Assembly (NCBI GenBank): GCA_951406725.2
Contig: OX597821.1
Span: 85,250,001-85,314,000, forward strand
DNA from: Octopus vulgaris
Lineage: Eukaryota
Reading direction: 5' to 3'
Length of the DNA: 64,000 nt
Positions 24,301 to 38,539 of this stretch are shown piece after piece. Below the pieces are notes generated by a model that worked only from the letters and a program-made list of their open reading frames with translations, had not been told where the DNA came from and did no database searches. How positions within the stretch are numbered: the stretch's first letter is position 1; each line of letters begins with the position of its first letter. Both the position numbers and the translations under genes were made by a program.

Positions 24301-25894
24301 ACATAACTATGTATTGCACTATTTACTAGGAAATCTTATTAAAACTTCTCTCTCTCTCTCTGTTGAAGGGTTTTGGTCAAAACGTTAGACTTCTCTTCCT
24401 TACAGCAAACTAATTTATTCCACTTTTTGAACTGTTAGTGACATTGTACTCTACCGTTATATATGGAAGCCATATGTAGAGAGTAGTAGTAGTAGCCTGG
24501 CATCATTTTGATTGCTTTGTACAGGAAAAGCAGTTATTAGTAATTGTGATAGTGGTATTTTTGGACTGGAAGATAGGTCATTAGGAATAACACTTAACAT
24601 GAATTCATAAGTATTAACTTCTGTGGTGTAACTGAGAGAGAGAAAAAAAACTGTTTTGAGATTGGGGTAGCTATATTGAAAATTATGTTGAGTATCATTC
24701 ATACTTTCTCTTTTCAAACTTCCTTATTGTCAAAACCAGAATCTAGTGCTTTTTTTTTTTTATTATTATGCATCTCACTTCCTTCTCCTTTTCTACTTCT
24801 TTCTCTTTTCTCCTTCTTTTCTGCTTACTCCTTGCTAAAATATATTCAATACATACATCAGTGTATACATTATTTATTGATAATTGAATGTTTCAAATAA
24901 TGCAGTGTCAGTTCCTTTGATGGGCCCTGCAACATGATGTTAAACATCTCCCAACCAATGACTGGAGATTATTTATATCATTTACAATGATTCTGTTTCC
25001 ATTCTCAATTTAAAATTAATTTCTGTCGCAAACTACAAGTTCCTTACATACTTCTGTGTAGATAGATGTATGAGCTTTGAATAGTTTTGTTTGGCCTGTT
25101 ATTTGAGATATACATAAGGAGGCAAACATTTTGTTATAAACACTTCCAAATACCAATGAAGGGTGTGTGCTACTTACGTTTTTATTTTATTTTATTTATT
25201 TTTTTTTTTATTTTCTGAAAATTCCTGCCAGAATGCTTGGATCTACCTTATTCATCTTTGCTTTTTTCAGCCTTAATTGTTTTGACAGAAACAGAATTTA
25301 TTGGGAAAGTAACTGTTTCTTATATTTCTCAAGTTTTTCGAGTTTATCATTTCATACTCATTGAATACTGCCCCTTGGAACTGTCACTTGCTATCTTTGT
25401 GCTCACATGTGAACACACACACACACGCACACAACACACAATTATACACTAACATTCTACATCACATATAAAAGGAGGTCATTTATCTGATTGGCAAATA
25501 TTCAATCACCCAACATATTCCTCCCACTAGCTTACAGATGCACTGTTTCTTCTCACTGCCTTTTCTATATTTATACTACATTAGCCTCTGTTGTGATGAA
25601 ATACCTACTTCATACCCTCTCCACTCAGGTCCAGTTACCCCATTTCTTTGTTACATCACTCTTAACTGTATCTCATCTCTTAGTTCCTATGTGAAGCATG
25701 TTTTCGCGTTCTTCTCTGGAACTAGAATCCCCTACCGGTTCATACTTTTCGTAGACATTGATCTACAAATACCCAGACTAAAGCTCAACTGCATCAGTTT
25801 CACTAGTGTGACAGATTTGTAAAGTTCAGTGTTGTCCTTCCTCCCTGTGCTGCCTCCTCCTCCTCCTCCTCTGGCCATTTTAGAATCAATGATT

Positions 25895-26330
25895 AATATA
25901 TATATATATATAATAAATTAATAAATAAAATAAAGCATATGCATATATACATACATATATGTACGTACCTACCTCTACATGTATATATACATGCATATAT
26001 GGGTACAGGACACCAAAAAAACGTCGAACACAATGAGAAATGAAAACATAAACACAAAACCAAGGAAATGGACATTTTTTTTAAACAACTAGAAAATAGA
26101 GTACAGGACATACAAAACAAGGAAAATTCCCCTTCTTCAGTCGCCTTAGATTCATCTATTCCACGTTTCGAAGGTCATATATATATATAAATATTATAAT
26201 ATATTATAAAATATTATAATAATCCAGGTTTCTCGGAGCACTAGGCCACTTGGTGTAGAATAGATATACTATTAAATTAGTATCTAATTCTCTCACCCTT
26301 ATTAATTAATTATATATATATATATATATT
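25895..26330. mobile_element. Two TE fragments embedded in (TA)n (Penelope-like terminal repeat relics?)
   Basis: Both bounded by (TA)n; 26220-26330 (minus) is homologous to the end at 40635-40700. Confidence 0.5.
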
Positions 26331-26489
26331 TGAAGCTATCTTTGCTCCACTGTTATTTGTCTGTTGCAATTGAATGAAACTTTAGCTTCAAACAAATAAC
26401 TTTAATATATCTTTCGAGTAAATGCATTTTCCCTTTATTTGTACATCCAAATGCACACACATACACATTCCAGTAAGTGTGTATTGTGT

Positions 26490-26980
26490 TGTCAGCTGTT
26501 ATTGATCTAAGATAGGTTGAAAGTCTCAGCATACCATCACCAATTTTTATAGTCTCCCATCTGATGTTGCCAGTTTCCAATGATCCAGAATTTTTTGACA
26601 CTCTTCTTTGGCCATGTTTTTCATGGTTTTTCTCCTTTTCAGTTCTCCATCATTGACCACCATTCTACAATGACTTTTGTTCAGTAGCTACCTGTCCCAG
26701 GTATCTTACTCAGGTCTATTTTCTCTTTTTTTACAGTTTCTTCTCCATCTCTGCTGTTAGGGCCCATGTTTCTGATCCATAAAAGACTACAGGTGTTTTG
26801 ATTTTCATTTTGGATTTTTCTTTAGAGGCAGACTTGGTTTGATTTTAAAATACTGACATGCTTCTTGAAAGGAACCCAGCCTACCATTAACTTCCTCGTT
26901 ATTTTTTTGTTTTGGTGCTTATTATTTACTCTAGGTATATGTAGCTTGTGACCACAGCCACCTCATCTCACATCTATCAC
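26490..26980 (-). pseudogene. RTE-clade reverse transcriptase relic
   Basis: Minus-strand VVTSYIYLE, PVVFYGSETWALT and GQVA correspond to RTE Y.YLG, LYGSETW and GHVAR motifs. Confidence 0.75.
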
Positions 26981-27451
26981 AAGTAAATGAAATTAAAATT
27001 TTACAAAATTAATTTTTTAATTTTTACATACTGTAACATTAAATTAATTTTATAAAAATTTTTGAATAATTATTTAATGTTTACAATATTTTCTCTAATT
27101 TTGAAACTGTTTATCATGTTCAGTGTACAGTGTGTGTTTTCTACATCTTAAACATATCCAATATTAACCTCAGCCATCATTTATCTAGGACAATTGGCTT
27201 AAACAGGCATCCCCTCTATTAGCACAATTTAACAAGGGTTCCCTGTACTATACGAAACCTGTTAGAAAACTTTACATTCTCTTTGAGCCAGCACCCCCTC
27301 TCCACAACATATGAATATATCCAAAATCATGAACTTCACTTTACAGTGTTTAGTTCTCTCTCTGTACAGTTTGGTTTAAAATTCTTACAGAATTCAATTT
27401 ACTTTTCATTCTTTCAAGGTCAGTGAGTACTAGACATGATTTTAGTAACTG

Positions 27452-28893
27452 TATGAGGGATGTGAGACAGATCCAAGACCTGGTCTAAAAAAAGGGGTGC
27501 TTGTATACCAGTAAATAATGTATTTTATATAGGCACTATCCTCTTGGAAGGAGTATATCAAATAGAATAATGCCCAAGTGAGGACTATACCAAATAGGAT
27601 AGTGCCCAGTGATCCCAGTATATTTTCTATGCTTTAAAAGCACCATAGAAGCCCAGTCACACCTACAATTTCATTTCCTGTCTTGAAGTGGCACCCTCTT
27701 CAACTTCAGTTTTTGGGAAACATAGAAAAGTCATATGAGGATAGGTCAAGTGAATACAGCAGGTGTGAAATGACTCCATTCTATTCTTTTAAAAATTGCA
27801 ATGCATGTTCAGGTGTTCTGTGAGAATCTCCTGGTAGACTCCATAACTGATTCTAATCATGTCAAGCAGTTGATGAATTGTTCAGCAGTGATTTTCATGG
27901 ATGAGTTCACAATTATTTCCCATATTTCCTGGCATTTTGTTCATGTTTGGTTTCCCTGACTCTTGACCAACCTTGAAACACCTGTGACTAAAAGTCCTGC
28001 GTGTGGATTTCTGAATGTCTGCCAAATACATGAAACATTTTAAAAATCTTGATAGCATATTTAATGAGCTTTATGCAAAATTTGATGCAGACACACTACT
28101 CAGATTTGTTTGTCACATAAAAATGACCGAGTCATCATCATCATTGTTTAATGTCCTCCTTCCATGCTGGCATGGGTTGGACAGTTTGACAGGAACTGGC
28201 CGGGCAGGAGCCTGCACCATGCTTCTGAGTATGTTTTGGCATGGTTTTTATGGATGGATGCCCTTTCTAACACCAACCACTCTGTAGAGTAGCCTGATTG
28301 CTTTTTATGAGGCACTTGCACAGGTGAAGTCAGTTTTGGCTTGGTTTTTACAGCTGGATGCTCTTTCAAATGCCAACCACTTTAAAGTGTGGACTAGGTG
28401 CTTTTTAAGTGGCACCTGCACTAGTGGGGTCACCGAGTGATTTTGCAAGATAAATAGTCTTTGAGAGGGAAGGGGGTATTGGAGGAGGTGATCTTGTGTC
28501 AGATGATGGAAGATTAGAGTGTGACAGAGAGGCAGAAACAGATGTCTTGCTGTAGAGGAGGTCCATGGTTACCCAGCCAGAGAGAGAGAGTGAGAGAGGG
28601 AGGAAGAAAAAGAGAGTGAGAGTTAACAAGAACAAGGGCAGAAATGGTTACCTGGAGAGAGTGGGAGTTAAAAAGAGGTGTGCTGCTGTAAAGGAGATAC
28701 ATGGTTACCTAGCCAGAGGTGTCATCCTCACAAAATGATACAAAACCTCAGCTAACAGAACATGTTTAGATAGTAATAAAGCCTAGTTGTGGATTAACTC
28801 AATAGGCTGGCTGCTAGTAATCACCAGCTGTGTGCTAATTTCTGTTGAACAGTACTATCATGTGCTGTCCAGAAATTTTCTGATAATGCCTCC
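27452..28893 (-). mobile_element. Decayed, internally deleted mariner element interrupted by a C copy (28133-28720)
   Basis: Minus-strand VCIKFCIKL (~28095), ELIHENHC*TIHQLLDMIRISYGVYQEILTEHLNM and HLLYSLDLSSYDFSMFPK (YSPDLAP.D motif, ~27715-27765); degenerate TIR-like ends, so boundaries are approximate. Confidence 0.8.
28133..28720 (-). mobile_element. Family C-related retroposon nested in mariner
   Basis: (GAT)n tail, ccatgctggcatgg, duplicated ggatgccct..ccaaccac block. Confidence 0.8.
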
Positions 28894-29194
28894 TCTTTCT
28901 TACAGATTTATTGCCTTGAGTCACTTTGAAATCAATATTTCTTATTCCAATGCAGTGGAATGACCATGATGGTGGAGCCCAGAAGCTAAATACTGTATAT
29001 GATTTACTTTCACCTTTCTGCATTCCGATTTCAAATCCTATCAGATACAATTGATTGTTTTTTCCCTCTAAAATCTGAAATAATTACTGGACATGTATCA
29101 GTATGAGAAACCAACATTCATTTCTGTTTCTTGCTAATAATATTCTTGGGATAGGCATAAAATGGTCACATTCTAAATTTATTTTTTATTTTTT

Positions 29195-29402
29195 TAGCCT
29201 CAAGCCAACTCTGGTTAGAAAGGCCTACAGAGGTGTTCCTGTCATGACCATCTCATCTTTTTTTTTTCAGATATTGGATAATATAGTCCTACTTGTACTA
29301 TGTGGTTTTCATTTTTTAAGACAATAGGTTATGATTGAGAGAAATTTAGTTGCTCTTTGTACCTAGTCAAGTAACCATGTGGAAAAATTGTTCCACCATT
29401 GG
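29195..29402 (-). mobile_element. Family D old repeat
   Basis: Collinear with copies at 11517, 21520, 42290, 45755, 54275 and 61440. Confidence 0.6.
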
Positions 29403-29948
29403 TTTGGCAAATTTATTTTGTCTAAGTAAGAAATTTCACTTCACTTTCCTACAATAACATTTCAAATTCTCAGAGCATCTTTTCTTAAAAATGTTGTTCT
29501 TCATCCCTAGATAAGAAACCTGTTTTTATGTATGCAGATAGAAGTAGCTAGATTTAATGCTATTTTGTGAGATAATTTGGTTCATCACATGTTAAAAACA
29601 TGTCACTATATTCTGTGAAGCCAAATAGAGGTCCTGTCTAATGGAAACACTTGTCCCAAGCAGTATAAAGATAATCATTTATTGCCAGTGGTAGTTGATG
29701 TTAGATACATTTCATATCAACCTGTTAAAATATAGATGCTGCAATATAGTGTGTATTAAGAAGCTTATGACGCACTCTTGAAAAACCATCAAGAAGAAAA
29801 TAAATATTAATAGTGGCCAAGAAATCAACGACAAGGCATTGTTTGTGCTTTTAGAGTTTTCTGTGACTACAGTTCCAAGCTTTGCATGATTCTATAATGT
29901 CTTTGATCAGTTAGTTTGACTTCTTGTCTTATGAATTTGTAATCATCC

Positions 29949-30110
29949 ACAGGAGTGGCTGTGTGGTAAGTAGCTTGCTAACCAACCACATGGTTCCGGG
30001 TTCAGTCCCACTGCGTGGCATCTTGCGCAAGTGTCTTCTACTATAGCCTCGGGCTGACCAAAGCCTTGTGAGTGAATTTGGTAGATGGAAACTGAAAGAA
30101 GCCTGTCGTA

Positions 30111-30142
<32 letters not shown>

Positions 30143-30368
30143 ATATGTGTGTGTGTGTATATTTGTGCGTCCGTGTTTGTCCCCCTAGCATTGCTTGACA
30201 ACCGATGCTGGTGTGTTTACGTCCCCGTCACTTAGCGGTTCGGCAAAAGAGACCGATAGAATAAGTACTGGGCTTACAAAGAATAAGTCCCGGGGTCGAT
30301 TTGCTCGACTAAAGGCGGTACTCCAGCATGGCCGCAGTCAAATGACTGAAACAAGTAAAAGAGTAAAA
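29949..30368 (+). mobile_element. Family A SINE, young
   Basis: Pol III A/B boxes, internal microsatellite, gtaaaagagtaaaa tail. Confidence 0.93.
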
Positions 30369-30664
30369 TACTTTCAAGTAAGTTTTTTCATCTGGAGTTA
30401 GTGAAGGGTGTAAATGGTGGAAGCTTCTAGGCCATTAAACTTAAATAGCACTGAAAATGCTGAGGCATGAAACTCTGTGCTGGTAAAACATCTGAACAGA
30501 GACTATATATACTTAAGAGTGACTGCTGTTTGTGCAACTTTTTACACATTGGATGTAGACTGTATATTCTCTGTAATTCAGGAACTATATTGGCACCATG
30601 CTTGTGTTGTCCTTAACCCTTTAGCATTCAGATTTCTCTATCAAATGTAATACTTATTTATTCA

Positions 30665-31066
30665 CATCATCGTTGTCATTTAACATCTGCTTTCCATGCT
30701 GGCATGGGTTGGACAGTTTGACTCAGAACTTGCAGGCTGGTAGGCTGCACCAGGCTCCAATCTGATTTGGCAAGGTTTCTACAGCTGGATGCCCTTCCTA
30801 ATGCCAACCACCCCGAGAGTGTAGTGAGTGCTTTTTATGTGCCACCGGCACGAGAGCCAGCCAGGTGGCACTGGCATCGACCACGCTCAAATGGTGCTTT
30901 TTACATGTCACTGGCACAAGTGCCAGTCAGGTAGCACTACCATCAGCCATGCTCAAATGGTGCTTTTTACATGTCACTGGCACAAGTGCCAGTCAGGTAG
31001 CACTACCATCAGCCATGCTCAAATGGTGCTTTTTACATGCCACCGGCAATGGTTTCCAGTCAGGCA
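30665..31066 (-). mobile_element. Family C retroposon with 66-bp internal tandem units
   Basis: Units start at 30891, 30957 and 31023. Confidence 0.85.
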
Positions 31067-31068
31067 GA

Positions 31069-31318
31069 TTATAATAATAATAATAATAAACATTGTGTAC
31101 AGTGCTCAGGTGCACTACAACTCATCTAAAGTGCATATATAATCAGGTGTAGTTTCGACGAATTTCGGAAAGCATGAGGGCCTTAAAGGATGCAGTGTCA
31201 TGGCAGTCAACAACTGACGCAGGCAGTTTATTCCATGCTTCAGCAACTCTGAGCATGAAGAAATGTTTCCGAAAGTCATGGGAGCTGTGTTGTTTTCTGA
31301 CTTTGTAGGCATGTCCAC
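31069..31318 (-). mobile_element. CR1-type LINE 3' fragment
   Basis: Homologous to 57373-57770; (ATT)n tail. Confidence 0.8.
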
Positions 31319-31481
31319 GTGCATTACCTTGTAACTCTGAGAATTCAGTGATGTGATTGTTTAGTTCTAGAATAATATTGTGGGGTTAGTGTGAGAGGCT
31401 AGATTTGGCCAGTTTGAAGATAATACAGGTAGATTATTTTTGCCAGATATCCCCAGCTTAAATGTTAAAGGGTTAAACCAT

Positions 31482-31673
31482 TTAACCCTTTTTTTATCAT
31501 ATTTCTGTTGAAATGCACTGCCTTTGTTTCAATTAATTCTGAAACCTATGGAGAATTTATTAAAATAATCATGAAATTTTGATGGGAATTTTAAAGTTTC
31601 ATCATCTTAAAACAGTGAATTTATATCACAAAACCAGGGGCAGTCTCAGGTGGGTTGGTATCAAAAGAGTTAA
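31482..31673. mobile_element. piggyBac-type MITE F2
   Basis: ttaacccttt...aaaagagttaa; homologous to 54691-55304. Confidence 0.75.
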
Positions 31674-32304
31674 TGGTCTAAGCCCAAATTAGCAATGTCT
31701 GTTTTGATAAAGATGTTGGTATTGCATTGAGTGATTGGTGGCTAACAATATTGAATATGTGTGACAAGGAGTTCCAATAAATATGAACATCTTACAAAAT
31801 TGAATATGTTACTAATGTCTTGATGAGAGGCTTATTATTTCTTATTGGATCTCTAAGTTCATTATGTGATGATTTTCACACACAAGAAAATTAGCTTTTG
31901 TCTTATACTGGTGATATATGGCATCTCTTGCTGGTCATTTTCTACAGTCATGCTTATATCAGCACTAGCATCTCTAAAAGGAAGAAAGGAAAAAAATACT
32001 TGTGCGAAGTAATTACTGAATTAGCTTTCTGTTTCATATTCTTGTTTGTAACTACAGTAGTATTTACAAGGATATCCTGATTATAAATGCTTGCATTTTT
32101 TTAGAACTAAGTTTTATGCTCTAGTTTGGCTGTTTCCAAGTTTAGCATTTCATTTTCAAGTTTGAGTCTTATCTGAGAAAGCATGGCTGTGAGGTAAGAA
32201 GCTTGCTTTCCAACCATGTAGTCTCTGGTTCAGTTCTTAAATTATTTAGTCTCTGGTAAAAAGAATATATATAGCCTTGGCAGGATTTCCCATCTTAAAG
32301 GAGT

Positions 32305-32665
32305 TATTTTTACCTTGTTTCAGTCATTAGATAGCAGCCATACTGGAACAGTGCCTTGTAAAGTTTTAGTTGAATGAATCGATACCAGTACTTATATTAA
32401 GTCTGTTGCCAAACTTCTAAGTTATGGGGACACAGCAGCACTTGTCAAGTGGTGGTGATGGAGACTCACAGACGCATGCTACATAGATATATGTATACAT
32501 ATGATGGGCTTTCACACAATTTCTGTCTGCTGAATTCCCTCACAAGACATTGGTTGACCTGGAGCTATAGTGAAAAACACTTGCCCAAGATGCTACACAG
32601 TGGGACTGAACCCCAAACCATGTGGTTGCAAAGTGAGCTTCTTAACCACTTAGCCATGTCTACGC
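32305..32665 (-). mobile_element. Family A SINE, old
   Basis: Diverged collinear match. Confidence 0.75.
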
Positions 32666-32759
32666 CTCCCAGACAGAAATTATGCTGCTAGAATCCCAGA
32701 ATATATTTAACATATCTTTTACCTTGATGGCATATAAAGCACTAAGTACTAGTCGTGTA

Positions 32760-33446
32760 CAGTCATGGCCAAAAGGTAGGAACATCATCATCATCATCGT
32801 CGTTTAATGTCCGCTTTCCATACTAGCATGGGTTGGACGATTTGACTGAGAACTGGCAAACCAGATGGTTGCACCAGGCTCCAATCTTGATCTGGCAGAG
32901 TTTCTACTGCTGGATACCCTTCTTAACGCCAACCACTTTGAGAGTGTTGTGGGTGCTTTTGCATACCACCGGCACGGGGGCCAGTCAGGCGGTACTGGCA
33001 ACGACCTCACTCGAATGTTTTATATATATATATGTATGTGTATGTGGACTCCCTCATAAACACACACATGTATGTACAGTTACACTCACACACACCACAG
33101 TCCGTCTTTCAATCTGTGCAGACCTTCCAGATACAAACAAGATTACAATCAGCTGTCACAGCCAAAACCTCACCCATGTCATCCATAACAACACTGTTGA
33201 TGATGGGTCATTCTTCTTCTTCTTTCTTCCTGCAACCACCATCAACCCATTGAACATAGATCTGAAAATTAGAATTTTTATATTAAATGCCCAAAGTTAT
33301 ATTGAATTTGCAATATATTATTTCTACTGACGGTAATATGGTGGGTATCTATAAAAATTATTAGTTATGTTTGATGCAGGTCATGTGACTTCCTGTAATT
33401 TTGAAAATTTAAAAAAAAACATGTTCCAAACTTTTGGCCGTGACTG
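32760..33446. mobile_element. Tc1-type non-autonomous element with nested C copy (32783-33015)
   Basis: 26-bp TIR cagtca(t/c)ggccaaaag(g/t)t(a/t)ggaacat flanked by TA. Confidence 0.85.
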
Positions 33447-34992
33447 TATTGTCATCAGTTTGCTATACTGTTAACCTACCTTCTGTGAGTCAACTTGGTA
33501 AATTGCCATTCTTGTTAACACTTTCATTCATGTTACTGAAAACTGTGTCATTAGATTTACTTGTCCACATTCCTGGACCATCACCTAGCTCTTGGGTGGC
33601 TAGTGGAGTGTCTACTCTGCTAAAGCAATGAAAACAGATCTCAGGTATGAGTATGACCCATGAGTTGTGGGTTTGTCTCCTCTAAGGCCTTCCTGTTCCT
33701 CTTCTAAGTCATTGAAAAAAAAAAAGTCCTGTTAATCTCCTACCGCCCCCAGTTTTTCCTAACTGCAACTAAAACTTCCAGGTAAATGTTGAGGTTTTTT
33801 TACCCAAATACAAAGATGATGCGAGAGGTGTCATCTAACTCAACTAATTGATATTTTCACATGTAAATTATCTATTTTAACAAAAAGTTTCATGCTGCTG
33901 TGGTAAAATAGATGCAAGTCGATTAGTATAGAGTGTTGGCACTATCTACTTATTTGCTTTTTCATTACTTGTTACTACAACAGTTGACACATCACCTATT
34001 TATTACCACTTAAGTATTTGAATTACCCTTCAACCAATACTTATGTCTTTTGCTTTTGTTTAATATTACACTCTTGTTGTTTTATAATGTGTAAAGAGAA
34101 CAAGAGTTAAAAAAAAAATGTCAAACTAAGTTTTCCTATTTGTAATTAAGATTAGCTCTTCTACAAGAACCTGCTCTGCTTCTCCCCATGTCTTGTACTT
34201 AACGACTCTTCCCATTCTCCTCATGGTTCATAGTCTTGCAAGCGGCAAAGTCTTCTTAATAGTTCCGGCTGCATGATAACAGCACCCAATAAACTGGTTG
34301 GCACTAGGAAAGGCGTCCAGCTATAGAAATCATGCCAAAGCAGACACTGGAGCATAATAGAGTCCTTGTCAAACTGTCCGACCCATGCCAACTTGAAACA
34401 TAGACATTAAATGATGATGATGATGGTCACTATGACATGAAAGAATTAGGCAGGTTTCATATTTACAACTATCACTAATGGATAGGATTGGCTGTTTTAG
34501 TTGCATTTATAGTTCTGGGTTGATTCATACAGACTTGGTGTTTGTTCTGAAAACTCTACATGGCCATTCAACTGGTCTGTCTCTCGTAATCAACATTCCT
34601 GGAAAGGTTTCATTTAAATAAATCCTCATATAAATTGTAAAATGTGGTGGAGAACTGTCTTGTTGAAACCACTTTTTATGTTTTTCTGACAAAGAAATAT
34701 TAATTTAGGGATAAGGAAGATTTGTAACATGCAGATGTGTATCTCTTATTCATCATAATTGATGTTGTTTTAACATCCACTTTTCCATGCTTGTCAAAAA
34801 AAACAAAACAAAAACAAAAAGAAGATACAAGCCAAGAAATCTTTTGCCAAATGTCCTTGTCAAACACAAATTCTTGGATCAGACAAGCACAAAACAATTT
34901 CTTTTGAACTAAAATGCTAGGGCTACCTTATATTAATCATCATTATCATTTAACATCCGTCTTCCATGCTAGCATATATATATATATATATA

Positions 34993-35184
34993 AAGGGAAA
35001 GTTTATGAAAATAAACAAAGACACAGGTAGGTGGTGTACAAACAAACAGATGTATTAGTATAACGCTCAGGAATAGAAAGCTTTTTACATTTCGAGCCTA
35101 CGCTCTTCAACAGAAAGGGACACAGTAAAAACAAGGGGAGAGAAAAAAAAATGTGTGTAGTGGCTAACGATCTATCATGGCGTC
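34993..35184 (-). mobile_element. Penelope-like terminal-repeat fragment with minimal hammerhead-like motif, inserted in (TA)n within a C copy
   Basis: Minus strand cttt-CTGTTGA-A-GAGC-gtag-GCTC-GAAATGTA-aaa at 35082-35117. Confidence 0.55.
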
Positions 35185-37469
35185 TATATATAATTGGATG
35201 TCTTCCATATTGGTATGAGTTGGACAGTTTGACAGGATCTGATGAGCCAGAGGACTGCATCAAGCTCCAATGTCTACTCTGGCATGGTTTCTACAGTCGA
35301 ATACCCTTCTTAGTGCTAACTATTTCATAGAATGTATTGGATGTGGGTTTTTTTTTTTTTATGACACCAGTACTAGTGAAGTTGCCAAATAACTAATAAA
35401 ATCTTGTCTGTTTGTGTGGGCACACACACACATCAGCATTATCATCATGCATCCTTTTCCAATGCTGATGTAGAAAACTAAAGTTCATGTGGGGTAGAAA
35501 GACGGTAGGTTTATACAAATGAACTTTAAAACTAAAAATTCTCATACACACACCAACACTCATAGAACACAGACATACAGACATAAAGTCGCACTGATAG
35601 ACAGGTACACCCATATATTGTGTGGATGCATGCATGTGTATGGTTGTAAATACACAGCTTGCATGCACAGGCATACATATGTGCACATGTATGCAACATG
35701 GGCTTGTAGTTGTCCTTACATACAGTGAACATTCAGCTTATACGAACATGTATGTATATGCAAAAAAATCTGTTACCAAAAATTACCAAAAGTAAAATAT
35801 ACATACACGGTGCCACCTACATTAACAGATTAAAAACAAATTTAAATGGAAACCAACCTCTTTTGAAAAAATCCACCCACCCCGCAGCTTATATTTTTCA
35901 ATCCTTCATCAGTCTAAGGATTCTCATTCCCAGATAAAATCTCTGATCACTACATGGCATTGACCTTTTCATTTCCTATAATATACAGTACATGTGTGTG
36001 AGTGTACATATGTATATAATAGGACTGGTGGTGAAACAAAGCTGTCAAGAATTTATTTCACCCTAAGACTGACCTAAAAATAGAAAGCATTTAAACGATA
36101 CCCCAAAAAGAAAAAAAAAAAGCCAATCTTTTGTATATACATGAAATAGATTATTTGTAAAGTTTTATTTCTGTTACACAAGTCATTCAAACAGCCTTAG
36201 CTACAGATTATTTTCTCCAGAAACTTTTTAGTACACTGTTAGCCTAATTTTACATTGTTCAATGTTAAGAACTTTTCTTTAAAGTTTTTGAAAGACTACT
36301 AGAAGCATACAAAGCCAACCAAATTATGTTTTTAATACTACCAGGTATACTTTGTTAATTTAGTACCCTTAAAATTTTATACTCTAATCCTGGATGTACT
36401 GAGACATCAGTAGTGTTTTATGTGTATTTTTATATATATGTGTGCATGCATGCATGCACTCACATATGCACATATGTTAGGTTCTCATCATTTGTGGAGA
36501 TTGAATCTTCCTTACCCTATCTGAAAAATTTTTGCTATAAAGCATATGGAATCATTTGACTTTCAGCACATATTGCCTGGTAAAATACTGGCAGCTGCTA
36601 AGCCCATGTGGTAAAATATCAGTTAATATTTCCTATCAGATACATATGATACAGGTCAAAGTTCATGCTAAAATAAACAGGTTAGGCTGACCTGTGTGAG
36701 AGTGTGCCCTTTATTGCTATTATCCCCTTGCTTATAATAACTCTTCTGTCCACCTGCATACTGTGACTAATTGCTATTTAATTAGTAATTGCATGCAAGT
36801 GAGGGATTACTTTTAACTCCTATGTAAGCTTAACCCTTTGACATGATACAGCTGCTGACTGTACTGAAATCCTTTTTTCAGTTATGTAGATGGCTATATC
36901 TCATGTAACAATTTAAAATTCTATGCCATTGGGTTCTATACCTTTCTCAGCCCATGGATTTTGTAAAGACTGAAGTTGCCTCTGTTGTAGTGGCAATTCT
37001 AACTATCAATTCTATTGGCAGTGATTTGGGCACTTCTCAGAGTCCCAGCTGCAGCAGGACTGTATTTTAGCTACTGAATATCATCATGTAGATTTTAAAG
37101 CAGTTTTTGAGATTGTGTTGAAGTGATCATTGTGAAGAGGTAGATACTTAAATTTATTTAACAGAACTAGCTCCAATCTTACTGCATGCTTTTCATTTTT
37201 CTTTGGAAAATATTTGTGTTATTGCTGGCTCTGAATCTTATCAAGGTTCACTTTACAGAATCAGTATTAACTATTGATTAAAAAAAACGGTTTTCCTTTT
37301 CGTAAACTTCCCAAAGCTGTCCCAACAAAACCTACAATATTTTCATCTAATGTGAGCTTTCTGGTAATGATAGTTCTGTCTTTCAGTTTCTTATACAAAA
37401 ATCTATCACCACATTCTATATTCTCCCATATGGTGTGACAGTGATGTAGTATTTGTCTAAATTTGTGTT

Positions 37470-38000
<531 letters not shown>

Positions 38001-38539
38001 AATGAAGATGGAAAAGAATCTATAGAGACAAAATGAAATACAGATTTATTGAATGTAAACAAACATTCTATGAAATGTTTTCCTTGGAAGCTTGAAAGTC
38101 ACTTTGATTTAAAGCTGATAAAATATTATCTTCTGACAACCTTTCAAGACTATATTTCTAATGAAATTTTATGTTTCTGATAATAGAAAAATGATAAAAT
38201 GTTTAGAGGGATTTTAATATAATGACTTTGTCGATATTAAGCTGGCATTTGGAACATAACTGAACAAAATGTTTTTGAATAAAATTATGAGTTTTTAATT
38301 TGAATACGAACATTTTAAAAGGTTTCATATTCTAGAATGAATGATAGTCTCAGACAGCCTGGAGTCAAAACGATTAAAAGTTGTGAACATAAAAAATAAA
38401 GTCTTATAGTAAATTCAATCAACTGTAGAATTTACAATAAATGGAATTTGTCGAGTCTTTTGAAATAAGACATTTTTGTCACAGAACTAAGGGCTATCTC
38501 AGGTATGTTGGTATATAATAAAGAAACTTGAGTGTAATA

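Larger units (their letters stand above)
30613..31476. mobile_element. piggyBac-type MITE F1 carrying nested C and CR1 inserts
   Basis: ttaaccctttagcatt...aatgttaaagggttaa. Confidence 0.85.
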
